Position numbers and translations under genes: made by a program. Shown here piece after piece: positions 17,364 through 24,670 of a stretch of DNA of 27,782 nt. The notes under the pieces were generated by a model. That model was not told the origin of the DNA and searched no databases. It saw nothing but the letters and a program-made list of their open reading frames with translations. Origin of the DNA: Candidatus Cryosericum sp. (GTDB taxonomy: Bacteria > Caldisericota > Caldisericia > Cryosericales > Cryosericaceae); contig JBNAWM010000005.1 in NCBI GenBank assembly GCA_049699855.1, positions 4,531 through 32,312 of the forward strand, in the 5' to 3' direction. Within the stretch, counting starts at the first letter, position 1, and every line of letters begins with the position of its first letter.

Positions 17364-17734
17364 AGAGCTTCGACAGGCCGGACGAAGAGGCGGTTGGCGT
17401 TTGCACTAAGTGTGGCAAGGCGCTGGCGCGCGAAGAAGTGGTCATGGTAGACGGCAAGATCATGTGTGCGGCGTGCGCAGGAGTCCAGCCGAACATCACA
17501 AACGAGCATCAGCACACCCAGGAGGCGAACGTGGGGTACAGCGGAACCAAAAGGCTGTATCGCTCGCGCAAGAATCAGGTGATCGGCGGAGTCGCGGCCG
17601 GGCTGGCGGAGTACTTCGACATCGATCCGGCGATCGTGCGGATAGCCTGGGCTCTGCTGGGCATCGCCTGGGGCACGGGGGTCCTGCTGTATCTTATCTG
17701 CTGGCTGGTGATACCACTGAACCCAGCACAGTAA
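17360..17734 (+). CDS. pspC: PspC-domain protein with an N-terminal B-box-like zinc finger
   Basis: GGAGGTG SD, ATGA overlap. KRLYRSRKNQVIGGVAAGLAEYFDIDPAIVRI...YLICWLVIP is a canonical PspC motif. N-terminal CTKC...CAAC. Confidence 0.88.
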   Translation: MKSFDRPDEEAVGVCTKCGKALAREEVVMVDGKIMCAACAGVQPNITNEHQHTQEANVGYSGTKRLYRSRKNQVIGGVAAGLAEYFDIDPAIVRIAWALLGIAWGTGVLLYLICWLVIPLNPAQ

Positions 17735-17759
17735 GTGAGGTATGAAAAACACGCATAAT

Positions 17760-17788
17760 TGTTGATAATGTGCGAGAATTGTTGATAA
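17760..17788 (-). promoter_or_regulatory. DnaA-box-like array (direct repeat AATTGTTGATAA x2)
   Basis: TGTTGATAA at 17760-17768 and 17780-17788 (= TTATCAACA, one mismatch from consensus), with weak TGTGCGAGA at 17769-17777 between them. Confidence 0.55.
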
Positions 17789-17801
17789 GTGAGCAGGGAA
17801 G

Positions 17802-17837
17802 TTCTCCCCGCAGGCTGGTGACGGTCTGCGGGGAGAA
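17802..17837. terminator. Strong palindrome between convergent pspC and the transposase-like gene (terminator or REP-like hairpin)
   Basis: TTCTCCCCGCAG (17802-17813) and CTGCGGGGAGAA (17826-17837) form perfect 12-bp arms, extendable inward by GU/GC pairs. Confidence 0.6.
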
Positions 17838-17849
17838 ATCATGTTCCAC

Positions 17850-18734
17850 TCAGGAGGGAGGCTTTGGTGCGTGCGGGGGTGTCTGCCGCGCAGTCCGCAG
17901 GTACCTTGCAATCGTCGCTGGATGCACACCTACCTGCCGGGCAATCTGGACGGTGGAGTAGCCCAGGCGTGCAGCTGCCGCCACGCGCATAGGCAGCTGG
18001 GAGTGTTCGCTTGCAGACTCGGGGCCGAAAATGCGGGCGAGAGATGGTCGGCTGAGCAGCAGCAGCGCGCTGGCAACCAGTGGATTCGAGGCGTGTGGGG
18101 CAAGATGATGGGCGACTTGGTCTGCGAATGCCTCCGATCCCAGCAGACCCGGAGCGGTGACATGGGAGAGGGGATCATCGCCTTCGGCATGCGGGCGAAC
18201 GTAATCGCAAAAGGCACGGACCGCATCCTGCCGGGTTGCCCCGAACCAGGGCAGGAGAGCCTCTGCATTGAACGCAGCATCAGGCAGGAGGGTCGGTTCG
18301 GTAGTTGCGCGGTAGCTGCTCCAGGGCCAGTCGCCGGGAGTCTGGACGAATCCCTGCTTGACCGGCAGGAGGAGGACGTGGCGGCAGACCGGCAGAAGCC
18401 AGGTCTCGGGGTCGAGCACGACGCTGGTGAAGGAACTGCGGAAGACCTTTCCCAAGCGTTGGTGCCGTGCGTTGGCATGGCGGGTGTACACGCTGCGAAA
18501 GCGCCGCATGCCTCTGCGCAGATCTCCATCCGGGGTCTCGGCGACAAAGGTGAAGGAGTCTGGAAGGAGGCACCAGGCATAGATGCGCCAGCCTAGCGAT
18601 GACACCACAGATGCCAGGTCGTCCAGCAGCAGGAGCACGTCGCCGTCGTCATCCACCACCAATCCTCCGGGCAGACTGGAGGAGGAGACGAGAGAGACAG
18701 CCCCCGGAAATTCTATGTGCAGTCGTGGGTTCAC
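17850..18734 (-). CDS. Y1/RAYT (TnpA-REP, IS200-superfamily) transposase homolog, predicted catalytically inactive, with C-terminal HTH
   Basis: AGGAGG SD then GTG 18734 (294 aa). Family scaffold LHIEFPGAV, GWRIYAWCLL, ETPDGDLRRGMR, VYTR..N.RH.R.G.VF, WPWSSYRAT, LLGSEAF and GYS..QIA..VGVHPATIARYL is present. HUH and catalytic Tyr are substituted. Confidence 0.8.
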   Translation of the reverse strand: MNPRLHIEFPGAVSLVSSSSLPGGLVVDDDGDVLLLLDDLASVVSSLGWRIYAWCLLPDSFTFVAETPDGDLRRGMRRFRSVYTRHANARHQRLGKVFRSSFTSVVLDPETWLLPVCRHVLLLPVKQGFVQTPGDWPWSSYRATTEPTLLPDAAFNAEALLPWFGATRQDAVRAFCDYVRPHAEGDDPLSHVTAPGLLGSEAFADQVAHHLAPHASNPLVASALLLLSRPSLARIFGPESASEHSQLPMRVAAAARLGYSTVQIARQVGVHPATIARYLRTARQTPPHAPKPPS

Positions 18735-18769
18735 GAACCCTCCTCTGGTGCCTGGTGGAAACGAGCAAA

Positions 18770-18798
18770 TCATCCACACTATGCACATGTTATCCACA
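18770..18798 (+). promoter_or_regulatory. Tandem DnaA-box array upstream of the transposase-like gene
   Basis: TCATCCACA 18770-18778, CTATGCACA 18779-18787 and TTATCCACA 18790-18798 (perfect). Confidence 0.7.
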
Positions 18799-18905
18799 GC
18801 TGCGTGAGATTACAAGTGGGCAGTCTGCCTTCGTGGAGTCGTGCTTGTGTGGTCGTCGTCGGGCACTATACTGAAACACGTCAGGACAGGAACAGGAGGT
18901 TGTGC

Positions 18906-19436
18906 ATGGCGCAGTTCTGGACGTTTGCGATATCGTTTGGGCTCGTGTTCGTCATAAAGTTCGTGGACATGACGCTTCAGACCCTGTATGTGAACTTCAT
19001 GGTCAAGGGAAACCGCCTGTACACCTTTATCTTTGCCTTCCTTGAAGTGTGTATGTTCCTGCTCGCGCTGTCCCAGGTACTCAGCAACATGAACATCATC
19101 AAGATGCTGGGCTATGCACTCGGCTATTCCAGCGGAGCCATCTTCGGGATGTGGCTGGAACAGAAGCTGGCGATCGGCAACCAGACGTGGCTGATCATCC
19201 CCAACGACGACCCGTACCGGCTGGCTTACCACCTGCGCGACCGCGGCTTCGGTGTCACGACCATTGCCGGGTCGGGCATGGACAATTGCAGGACCGTCAT
19301 CCTGACGACGGTGATGCGCAAAAACATCGCGCTCCTCAACGAAACGCTTCAGGAGCTTGCCCCGGATGCCTTTGTCTCCGTGCTCGATACACGCACGACC
19401 ATGGGCGGACACGTACATCGCATAGCGAGAGGTTGA
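18906..19436 (+). CDS. UPF0316 / DUF5698-DUF2179 membrane protein
   Basis: AGGAGG SD then ATG 18906. TM region with F.EV...LALSQV, YALGYSSGAIFGMWLEQKLAIG and a C-terminal LRDRGFGVTTIAGSG...PDAFVSV domain. TATACT at 18867-18872 upstream. Confidence 0.82.
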   Translation: MAQFWTFAISFGLVFVIKFVDMTLQTLYVNFMVKGNRLYTFIFAFLEVCMFLLALSQVLSNMNIIKMLGYALGYSSGAIFGMWLEQKLAIGNQTWLIIPNDDPYRLAYHLRDRGFGVTTIAGSGMDNCRTVILTTVMRKNIALLNETLQELAPDAFVSVLDTRTTMGGHVHRIARG

Positions 19437-19439
19437 TCA

Positions 19440-20573
19440 ATGACAACAAACGTTTCTGTACGCCGTGGGCTGGCGCTGGTCCTGGTGCTCGTGCTCGTTG
19501 CGGCGGGGCTGAGCGGCTGCGCCCGCCGGGTTTCCGTGTCGCTTCTTCTGGTTTCCTCATACTCCGGCAAGGGAGTTCCGGGGGCCAGCGTCACGTTCAA
19601 AAACTCAGGCGATTTCCAAGTACTCACCTCGGATGCGACAGGGTTGGTGAAGGGTCAGGTCCAGGCAGACCGGACGCAGCTCACTGCGGCGGCCACGGGG
19701 TATCAGGATGCGTTCCTGCAGGTGGCGGACCTCACGGACCTGCCCGCTTCACTCAAAATGGTTCCGCTGTTCCTGGGGACGGGGACGGTCACCTCTGGCG
19801 GCCTGCCGGTGGCCGGAGCCACGGTGACCATCTGGAACACTGCCGTCTCTACGGGACCCAATGGTTCGTTTGTGGTGGAGGGACTGGCACCGGGAACCTA
19901 TGCCGGACGGGTGACGAAGCAGGGATATGCGGACGCCACCTTCGACCTGGTCATCGGCAAGGGAGCGAAGCCCGCCACGGTCGTGCTGGAGGAGGGTCAG
20001 CTGCTGCCCCTCTCGTCCCTGGCAAAACTTCCTGCCTATGAGCTGACCGCTTCCTACCACCGGACGTTGAACGGGGAGGACAAGACCTTTGACGGGCGCA
20101 TCCTCCGCAGTGGCAGTGACCTTTTGGTGGAAAGCGGCGATCCAGCAAGTCCGACGGCAGTTCTTCTGGTACGCGGAGGAACGGGGTATACTCTCGAAAA
20201 CGGCGCCTACGCCGCGGGAGGAGAAACCGCTGCCGCGGCGGCGCGCGTGCTTCAGGAAGCGTGTGAGGGATTGCTGGAGCTTCCCGCGACGTTCTCACCC
20301 CGCCTGTTCACGCTGCAGAAGCAGGCATCGGTCCAGCTGCTGGGACAGGCGTGCGACGTGTGGAACATGAACGGCCAGTTCAAGTTCGAGGGCGAACCGG
20401 TGGATGCCACCGCGACGGTGACGGTCGGGACACAGGGCACCCTCGCCGGCGTTCCGGTGAAGATCGTGCTGAATGCTCACTCACAGTCGTTCTTCAACTT
20501 TGTCTATGATGCGTCCATCGAAGTGGTCTCGGTCGATGCGGCACAGATTGCAGCAGCCTTTCCTGCGCCATGA
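19440..20573 (+). CDS. Lipoprotein with carboxypeptidase-regulatory-like (prealbumin-fold) repeats
   Basis: Signal peptide with lipobox LSGC. Repeats GVPGASVT...ATGY and PVAGATVTI...TGPNGSF.V.GLAPGTY...KQGY. Confidence 0.72.
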   Translation: MTTNVSVRRGLALVLVLVLVAAGLSGCARRVSVSLLLVSSYSGKGVPGASVTFKNSGDFQVLTSDATGLVKGQVQADRTQLTAAATGYQDAFLQVADLTDLPASLKMVPLFLGTGTVTSGGLPVAGATVTIWNTAVSTGPNGSFVVEGLAPGTYAGRVTKQGYADATFDLVIGKGAKPATVVLEEGQLLPLSSLAKLPAYELTASYHRTLNGEDKTFDGRILRSGSDLLVESGDPASPTAVLLVRGGTGYTLENGAYAAGGETAAAAARVLQEACEGLLELPATFSPRLFTLQKQASVQLLGQACDVWNMNGQFKFEGEPVDATATVTVGTQGTLAGVPVKIVLNAHSQSFFNFVYDASIEVVSVDAAQIAAAFPAP

Positions 20574-20583
20574 GGAACCCCGC

Positions 20584-23500
20584 ATGAGCTTCGTGCACCT
20601 GCACCTTCACACAGAGTATTCGCTGCTGGACGGCATGAGCAAGATCGACCCGCTGGTGGCGCGGCTTGAGGAGATGGGGCAGACAGCGTGCGCCATCACC
20701 GACCATGGCAACATGTACGGCGTACTGGACTTCTACATGAAGATGAAGGCAGCCGGACTGAAGCCAATCATTGGCAGTGAGGTCTACATGGCGCCAGGCG
20801 GCCGGCTGAACAAGGACAGGGAGTCGGGATTTCCCAACCACCTCATTCTGCTGGCCAAGGATTTCAAGGGCTATCAGAACCTCAGCCACATCGTCTCCAT
20901 TGGCTACCTGGAGGGCTTCTACTACAAACCCCGCGTCGACTACGACGTCTTGGAGCGCTATCACGAGGGAATCATCGCGCTCTCTGCCTGTCTGAAAGGT
21001 GAGGTCGCCGAGGCTGCGTCACGAGGCGATGAGGAGAAGGCACTTGCGATCGCTCAGAGATATCAGGACATCTTTGGCAGAGAGAACTACTTCATCGAGC
21101 TCCAGAATCACGGCATCGACGAGGAACTGCGCGCCCTCCCCATTCTGCGAAACGTTGCGCGGCGCATCGGAGCCAAAATGGTGGCAACGTGCGACAGCCA
21201 CTATCTGCGCAAGGAGGATTACGCAGCCCACGAGGTCCTGCTGTGCGTCCAGACGCTGCAGAAGATGACCGACAGTGACCGCATGAGCTTCAACGGCCCA
21301 TACTACCACGTCATGACCGAAGAGGAGATGCGGGAGCGCCTGCCCGAGGACGAGGAGGCCATTCAGAACACCCAGCTCGTCGCCGACATGTGCAATGTCG
21401 AGATGCCGCTTGGTACCTATCATCTGCCGCGGTATATCGAAGAGGGGCAGACGACACCCTGGGACGCCGAGGCCAACCGGCAGCTGCTGGAAAAGCTCAC
21501 GATGGAGGGCATCGAGCGGCTCTACCCGTCCGCCCAGCGCGAAGAGGCACTCGCACGGGCGCGCATGGAACTGGAAACCATCGAGCAGTGCGGATTTGTC
21601 GACTACTTCCTCATCGTGCAGGACTTCACGCGCTTTGCCCGCCGCAGGGGCATCGCGGTGGGGCCCGGACGCGGATCGGCTGCCGGATCCATCGTCGCCT
21701 ATGCAACGGGCATCACCGAGGTGGAACCACTGCGTTACAATCTGCTGTTCGAACGCTTCCTGAATGCTGCGCGCATCTCCATGCCCGATATCGATATGGA
21801 TTTCGAGGACACGCGCCGCGGCGAAGTCATCCAGTATGTTCGCGAGCGCTACGGCGAGTCGTCCGTGGCCCAGGTGGCCACCTTTGGCAGGATGGAGGCC
21901 AAGCAGGCGGTCCGCGACGTGGGCCGGGCTCTCGGCATGCTTCCCAAGGAGACAGACCTTATTTCCAAGCTCATTCCGTTCGGGACCGGTTTGCAGGGAG
22001 CCCTCGACACTGTCGACAAGCTCAGGTCGATGTACGACGACGGCACGAAGCTGAGCGGGACGACGGTGAAGGAGCTGTTTGACACGGCGATGAAGCTGGA
22101 GGGCGTCAACCGCAATTTCAGCACCCATGCCGCCGGCGTCGTCATTGCCGACACGGAGCTGACCAACTATCTGCCGCTGCAACGCGACAAGGACGGCAAC
22201 GTCATCACGCAGTGGGACAAGAACTTCGTTGAAGCCTTTGGCCTGCTCAAGATGGACTTCCTTGGACTCTCCTACCTGGGCATCATCCAGCAGACCGTGA
22301 ACATGGTCCGCGAGCAGCTGGGGGTCACGGTCGACATCGGCAGTATCGACACCGAGGAACCCGAGGTCTACAAACTCATCAGCAGCGGCGATACCGTGGG
22401 CGTGTTTCAAATGGAATCGGCCGGCATGAAGGGGGTGGCCGCCGGTGTCCAGCCGTCGTCCATCGAAGACCTGACAGCAATCATCTCGCTGTACCGGCCC
22501 GGGACGATCAAGGCCGGCGGCATCCAGAAATACATCGACCGCAAGAACGGCAAAGAAAAGGTCGAGTACTACCACCCCAGCATCGAGGGCATCCTGAAGC
22601 CGACATACGGTATCATCGTCTACCAGGAACAGATCATGCAGATTGCCAACCGCATGGCAGGCTTTACCCTGCAGGAGGCCGACCTCTTGCGCAAGGGCGT
22701 CTCCAAGAAGAAGGCGGACATCCTGGCCAAACAGCGTGCCATGTTCGTGGAGAGGTCCGTCGAGAAGGGTGTCCCGAAGAAGACCGCCGAGGACGTTTTT
22801 GCGCTCATCGATTTCTTTGCCGGCTACGGCTTCAACAAGTCCCACGCGGTGGCCTACGCGATCATGGTCTACCGCACGGCGTGGCTCAAGGCGCACTATC
22901 TCGTCCAGTATCTAACAGCACTGATGAACTCGGGCATGGACGACGAGGACCGACTGAAGGAGCTGGTTGCCGAATGCCGCAGCAAAGGAGTCCCCATCCT
23001 TCCACCGGATATCAACAAGTCAGACAAGCTGTTCAAGGTGGAGACGCAGGCGGACGGGTCCCAGGGCATCCGGTTTGGCCTCCTCGCGATCAAGAACCTC
23101 GGTTCCAAGGCGATCGATGAGATCATGGAGGAGCGGGCCGACCGCCCTTACACGACCTTCAAGGACTTTCAGCGGCGCTCCGGGGGCAGCAAGGTCAACC
23201 GCAAGTCGGTGGAGTGTCTCATCAAGTCCGGTGCCTTTGAGAGTCTGGGAAACGACCGCGCCGTCGACCTGAGCCAACTCGCGCAGGCCGGCGGCAAGCA
23301 GAACGGCAAGGGTCCCGTCGTGGAGGAGACGGCCACGGGCCTGTTTGGAGGGTCGGTCGGCGAGCCGTCGGCGGCGCCCCTGTCCTGCGACACCGCGAGC
23401 GCGGCGGCGATGGAGAAGGAGGCATTTGGCTTCTTCTGCTTCTGCAGTCCTTTCCAGCAGTACGAGCACCTGCTGGCCAAGTATAACGCGCGGCGGGTTT

Positions 23501-24042
23501 CGGAGTGTGCCGAGCTGGAAGACGGGACAACCGTGACGGTTCTGGGCCTCCTGACATCCGCCAAGACAGCAAAGTCCAAAGCGGGACATGCGTACGGCAA
23601 ATGCACCCTGGAGGATGACGACCGCAAGGTTGAGCTGATGGTGTTTGAATATGTTCTCGGGCAGTTCCAGCCGTGGTTCGACCACGAGGGAGCCATCGTG
23701 CTGGAAGCCAACGTGCGCATGGATGGTGAAGAGGTGTCCCTCACCGCCCGCAAGTTCATCGATTTTGTCACACCCGAACAGGCAAAAGGTGCCAAGCCAG
23801 CGCCCGTGGCGTCCCCCGTCCTCAAGCTGGTCATGACAGAGCAGCAGGTCACCAGTGAGACGCTTGGCCGTGTCCTTCTCCTCATGCATCGCCACCCGGG
23901 CAAACAGCACTGGCGCATTCTCTACCACAATGGCGCCGAGCACTGCCTCGAGGTCGGCAACAGCCACTGGGTCACCGTCACTCCTGCTCTCCTCAAGGAT
24001 TTGACAACGATTCTCGGCCCTGGAGGTGTAGACTACTCCTGA
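20584..24042 (+). CDS. dnaE: DNA polymerase III alpha subunit (DnaE)
   Basis: PHP domain HLHLHTEYSLLDG and TDHGN, GPGRGSAAGS, catalytic PDIDMD and KMDFLGL, GFNKSHA, OB fold. Start at ATG 20584. Confidence 0.97.
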   Translation: MSFVHLHLHTEYSLLDGMSKIDPLVARLEEMGQTACAITDHGNMYGVLDFYMKMKAAGLKPIIGSEVYMAPGGRLNKDRESGFPNHLILLAKDFKGYQNLSHIVSIGYLEGFYYKPRVDYDVLERYHEGIIALSACLKGEVAEAASRGDEEKALAIAQRYQDIFGRENYFIELQNHGIDEELRALPILRNVARRIGAKMVATCDSHYLRKEDYAAHEVLLCVQTLQKMTDSDRMSFNGPYYHVMTEEEMRERLPEDEEAIQNTQLVADMCNVEMPLGTYHLPRYIEEGQTTPWDAEANRQLLEKLTMEGIERLYPSAQREEALARARMELETIEQCGFVDYFLIVQDFTRFARRRGIAVGPGRGSAAGSIVAYATGITEVEPLRYNLLFERFLNAARISMPDIDMDFEDTRRGEVIQYVRERYGESSVAQVATFGRMEAKQAVRDVGRALGMLPKETDLISKLIPFGTGLQGALDTVDKLRSMYDDGTKLSGTTVKELFDTAMKLEGVNRNFSTHAAGVVIADTELTNYLPLQRDKDGNVITQWDKNFVEAFGLLKMDFLGLSYLGIIQQTVNMVREQLGVTVDIGSIDTEEPEVYKLISSGDTVGVFQMESAGMKGVAAGVQPSSIEDLTAIISLYRPGTIKAGGIQKYIDRKNGKEKVEYYHPSIEGILKPTYGIIVYQEQIMQIANRMAGFTLQEADLLRKGVSKKKADILAKQRAMFVERSVEKGVPKKTAEDVFALIDFFAGYGFNKSHAVAYAIMVYRTAWLKAHYLVQYLTALMNSGMDDEDRLKELVAECRSKGVPILPPDINKSDKLFKVETQADGSQGIRFGLLAIKNLGSKAIDEIMEERADRPYTTFKDFQRRSGGSKVNRKSVECLIKSGAFESLGNDRAVDLSQLAQAGGKQNGKGPVVEETATGLFGGSVGEPSAAPLSCDTASAAAMEKEAFGFFCFCSPFQQYEHLLAKYNARRVSECAELEDGTTVTVLGLLTSAKTAKSKAGHAYGKCTLEDDDRKVELMVFEYVLGQFQPWFDHEGAIVLEANVRMDGEEVSLTARKFIDFVTPEQAKGAKPAPVASPVLKLVMTEQQVTSETLGRVLLLMHRHPGKQHWRILYHNGAEHCLEVGNSHWVTVTPALLKDLTTILGPGGVDYS

Positions 24043-24050
24043 CCCCGGGA

Positions 24051-24078
24051 TTGCCAAGCGGGAATTCTTAGATATACT
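24051..24078 (+). promoter_or_regulatory. Putative sigma70 promoter of rimP-nusA-infB
   Basis: TTGCCA (24051-24056), 16 nt spacer, TATACT (24073-24078). Confidence 0.55.
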
Positions 24079-24164
24079 GTTTGATGGAATTATGTCATGA
24101 ACGTGACAAGGAATTGAGCGGCATGACGTCCGGAGGCCCTGCTTTCGGACGTTTCATATTGATG

Positions 24165-24207
24165 GAACGTGAAAAGTGGGCGCGCAGGCGGTCCACTTTT
24201 TTCGTTC
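24165..24207 (+). promoter_or_regulatory. rimP leader attenuator hairpin
   Basis: AAAAGTGG...CCACTTTTTT terminator-like stem, extended by GAACG/CGTTC, immediately before rimP. Matches the known AGUGG...CCACU-U-rich rimP-leader pattern. Confidence 0.72.
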
Positions 24208-24220
24208 ACGTGGAGTGTAT

Positions 24221-24670
24221 ATGGACAAGAGATTTACAGACATAGTGGAGCTGGAGGTGGCGAAGAGCGGGGCCACCCTCGTTGCCATTGAAAATGCTCC
24301 CGGCATGGTGAGTGTCGTGCTGATGATGCCAGAACGGGACATCACGGTCGACGAGCTTGAAAGCGTCAGCCGGGCGATCAGCCGGACCTTCATCGATCGG
24401 TACGGCGACGATTATCTGCCGGCGTTTGAAGTCGCCAGCCCGGGGCTGGACCGCGTGCTCAAAACGCCACGGGAATTGAAGCTGTTCATGGGCAGGCTGG
24501 TGCGCGTGACAACCAGGGAGTCTAGGGAGCCGCTCATTGGAACGCTGGGAGCATCTGATGAAAGCAGCGTGCACGTGCGCGTGCTGGGCGTGGACCGGCT
24601 GCTTGAACTTCGGCAGGTGGCGAAGATCTCGTTATGGGACGAGGTACTGGGGGGTGCATATGAGGGATGA
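24221..24670 (+). CDS. rimP: Ribosome maturation factor RimP
   Basis: ITVDELESVSRAIS and FEVASPGLDRVLK motifs. GGAG SD then ATG 24221. Upstream of nusA. Confidence 0.9.
   Translation: MDKRFTDIVELEVAKSGATLVAIENAPGMVSVVLMMPERDITVDELESVSRAISRTFIDRYGDDYLPAFEVASPGLDRVLKTPRELKLFMGRLVRVTTRESREPLIGTLGASDESSVHVRVLGVDRLLELRQVAKISLWDEVLGGAYEG

Noticed and set aside
17757..17788. CRISPR, Fur or Rex interpretation of the AATTGTTGATAA repeat
   Set aside because: There are only two 12-bp copies with an 8-nt gap, and they lack the palindromic Fur or Rex consensus.
17850..18797. Active IS200/RAYT mobile element, and the ORF-track start at 18797
   Set aside because: Catalytic residues are absent, and there is no tnpB or REP array in view. 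The extra 21 codons run through the DnaA boxes and the SD, so GTG 18734 is preferred.
20584..24042. Intein or split in dnaE
   Set aside because: The length (1152 aa) is normal, with continuous PHP, polymerase and OB motifs and no intein signature.
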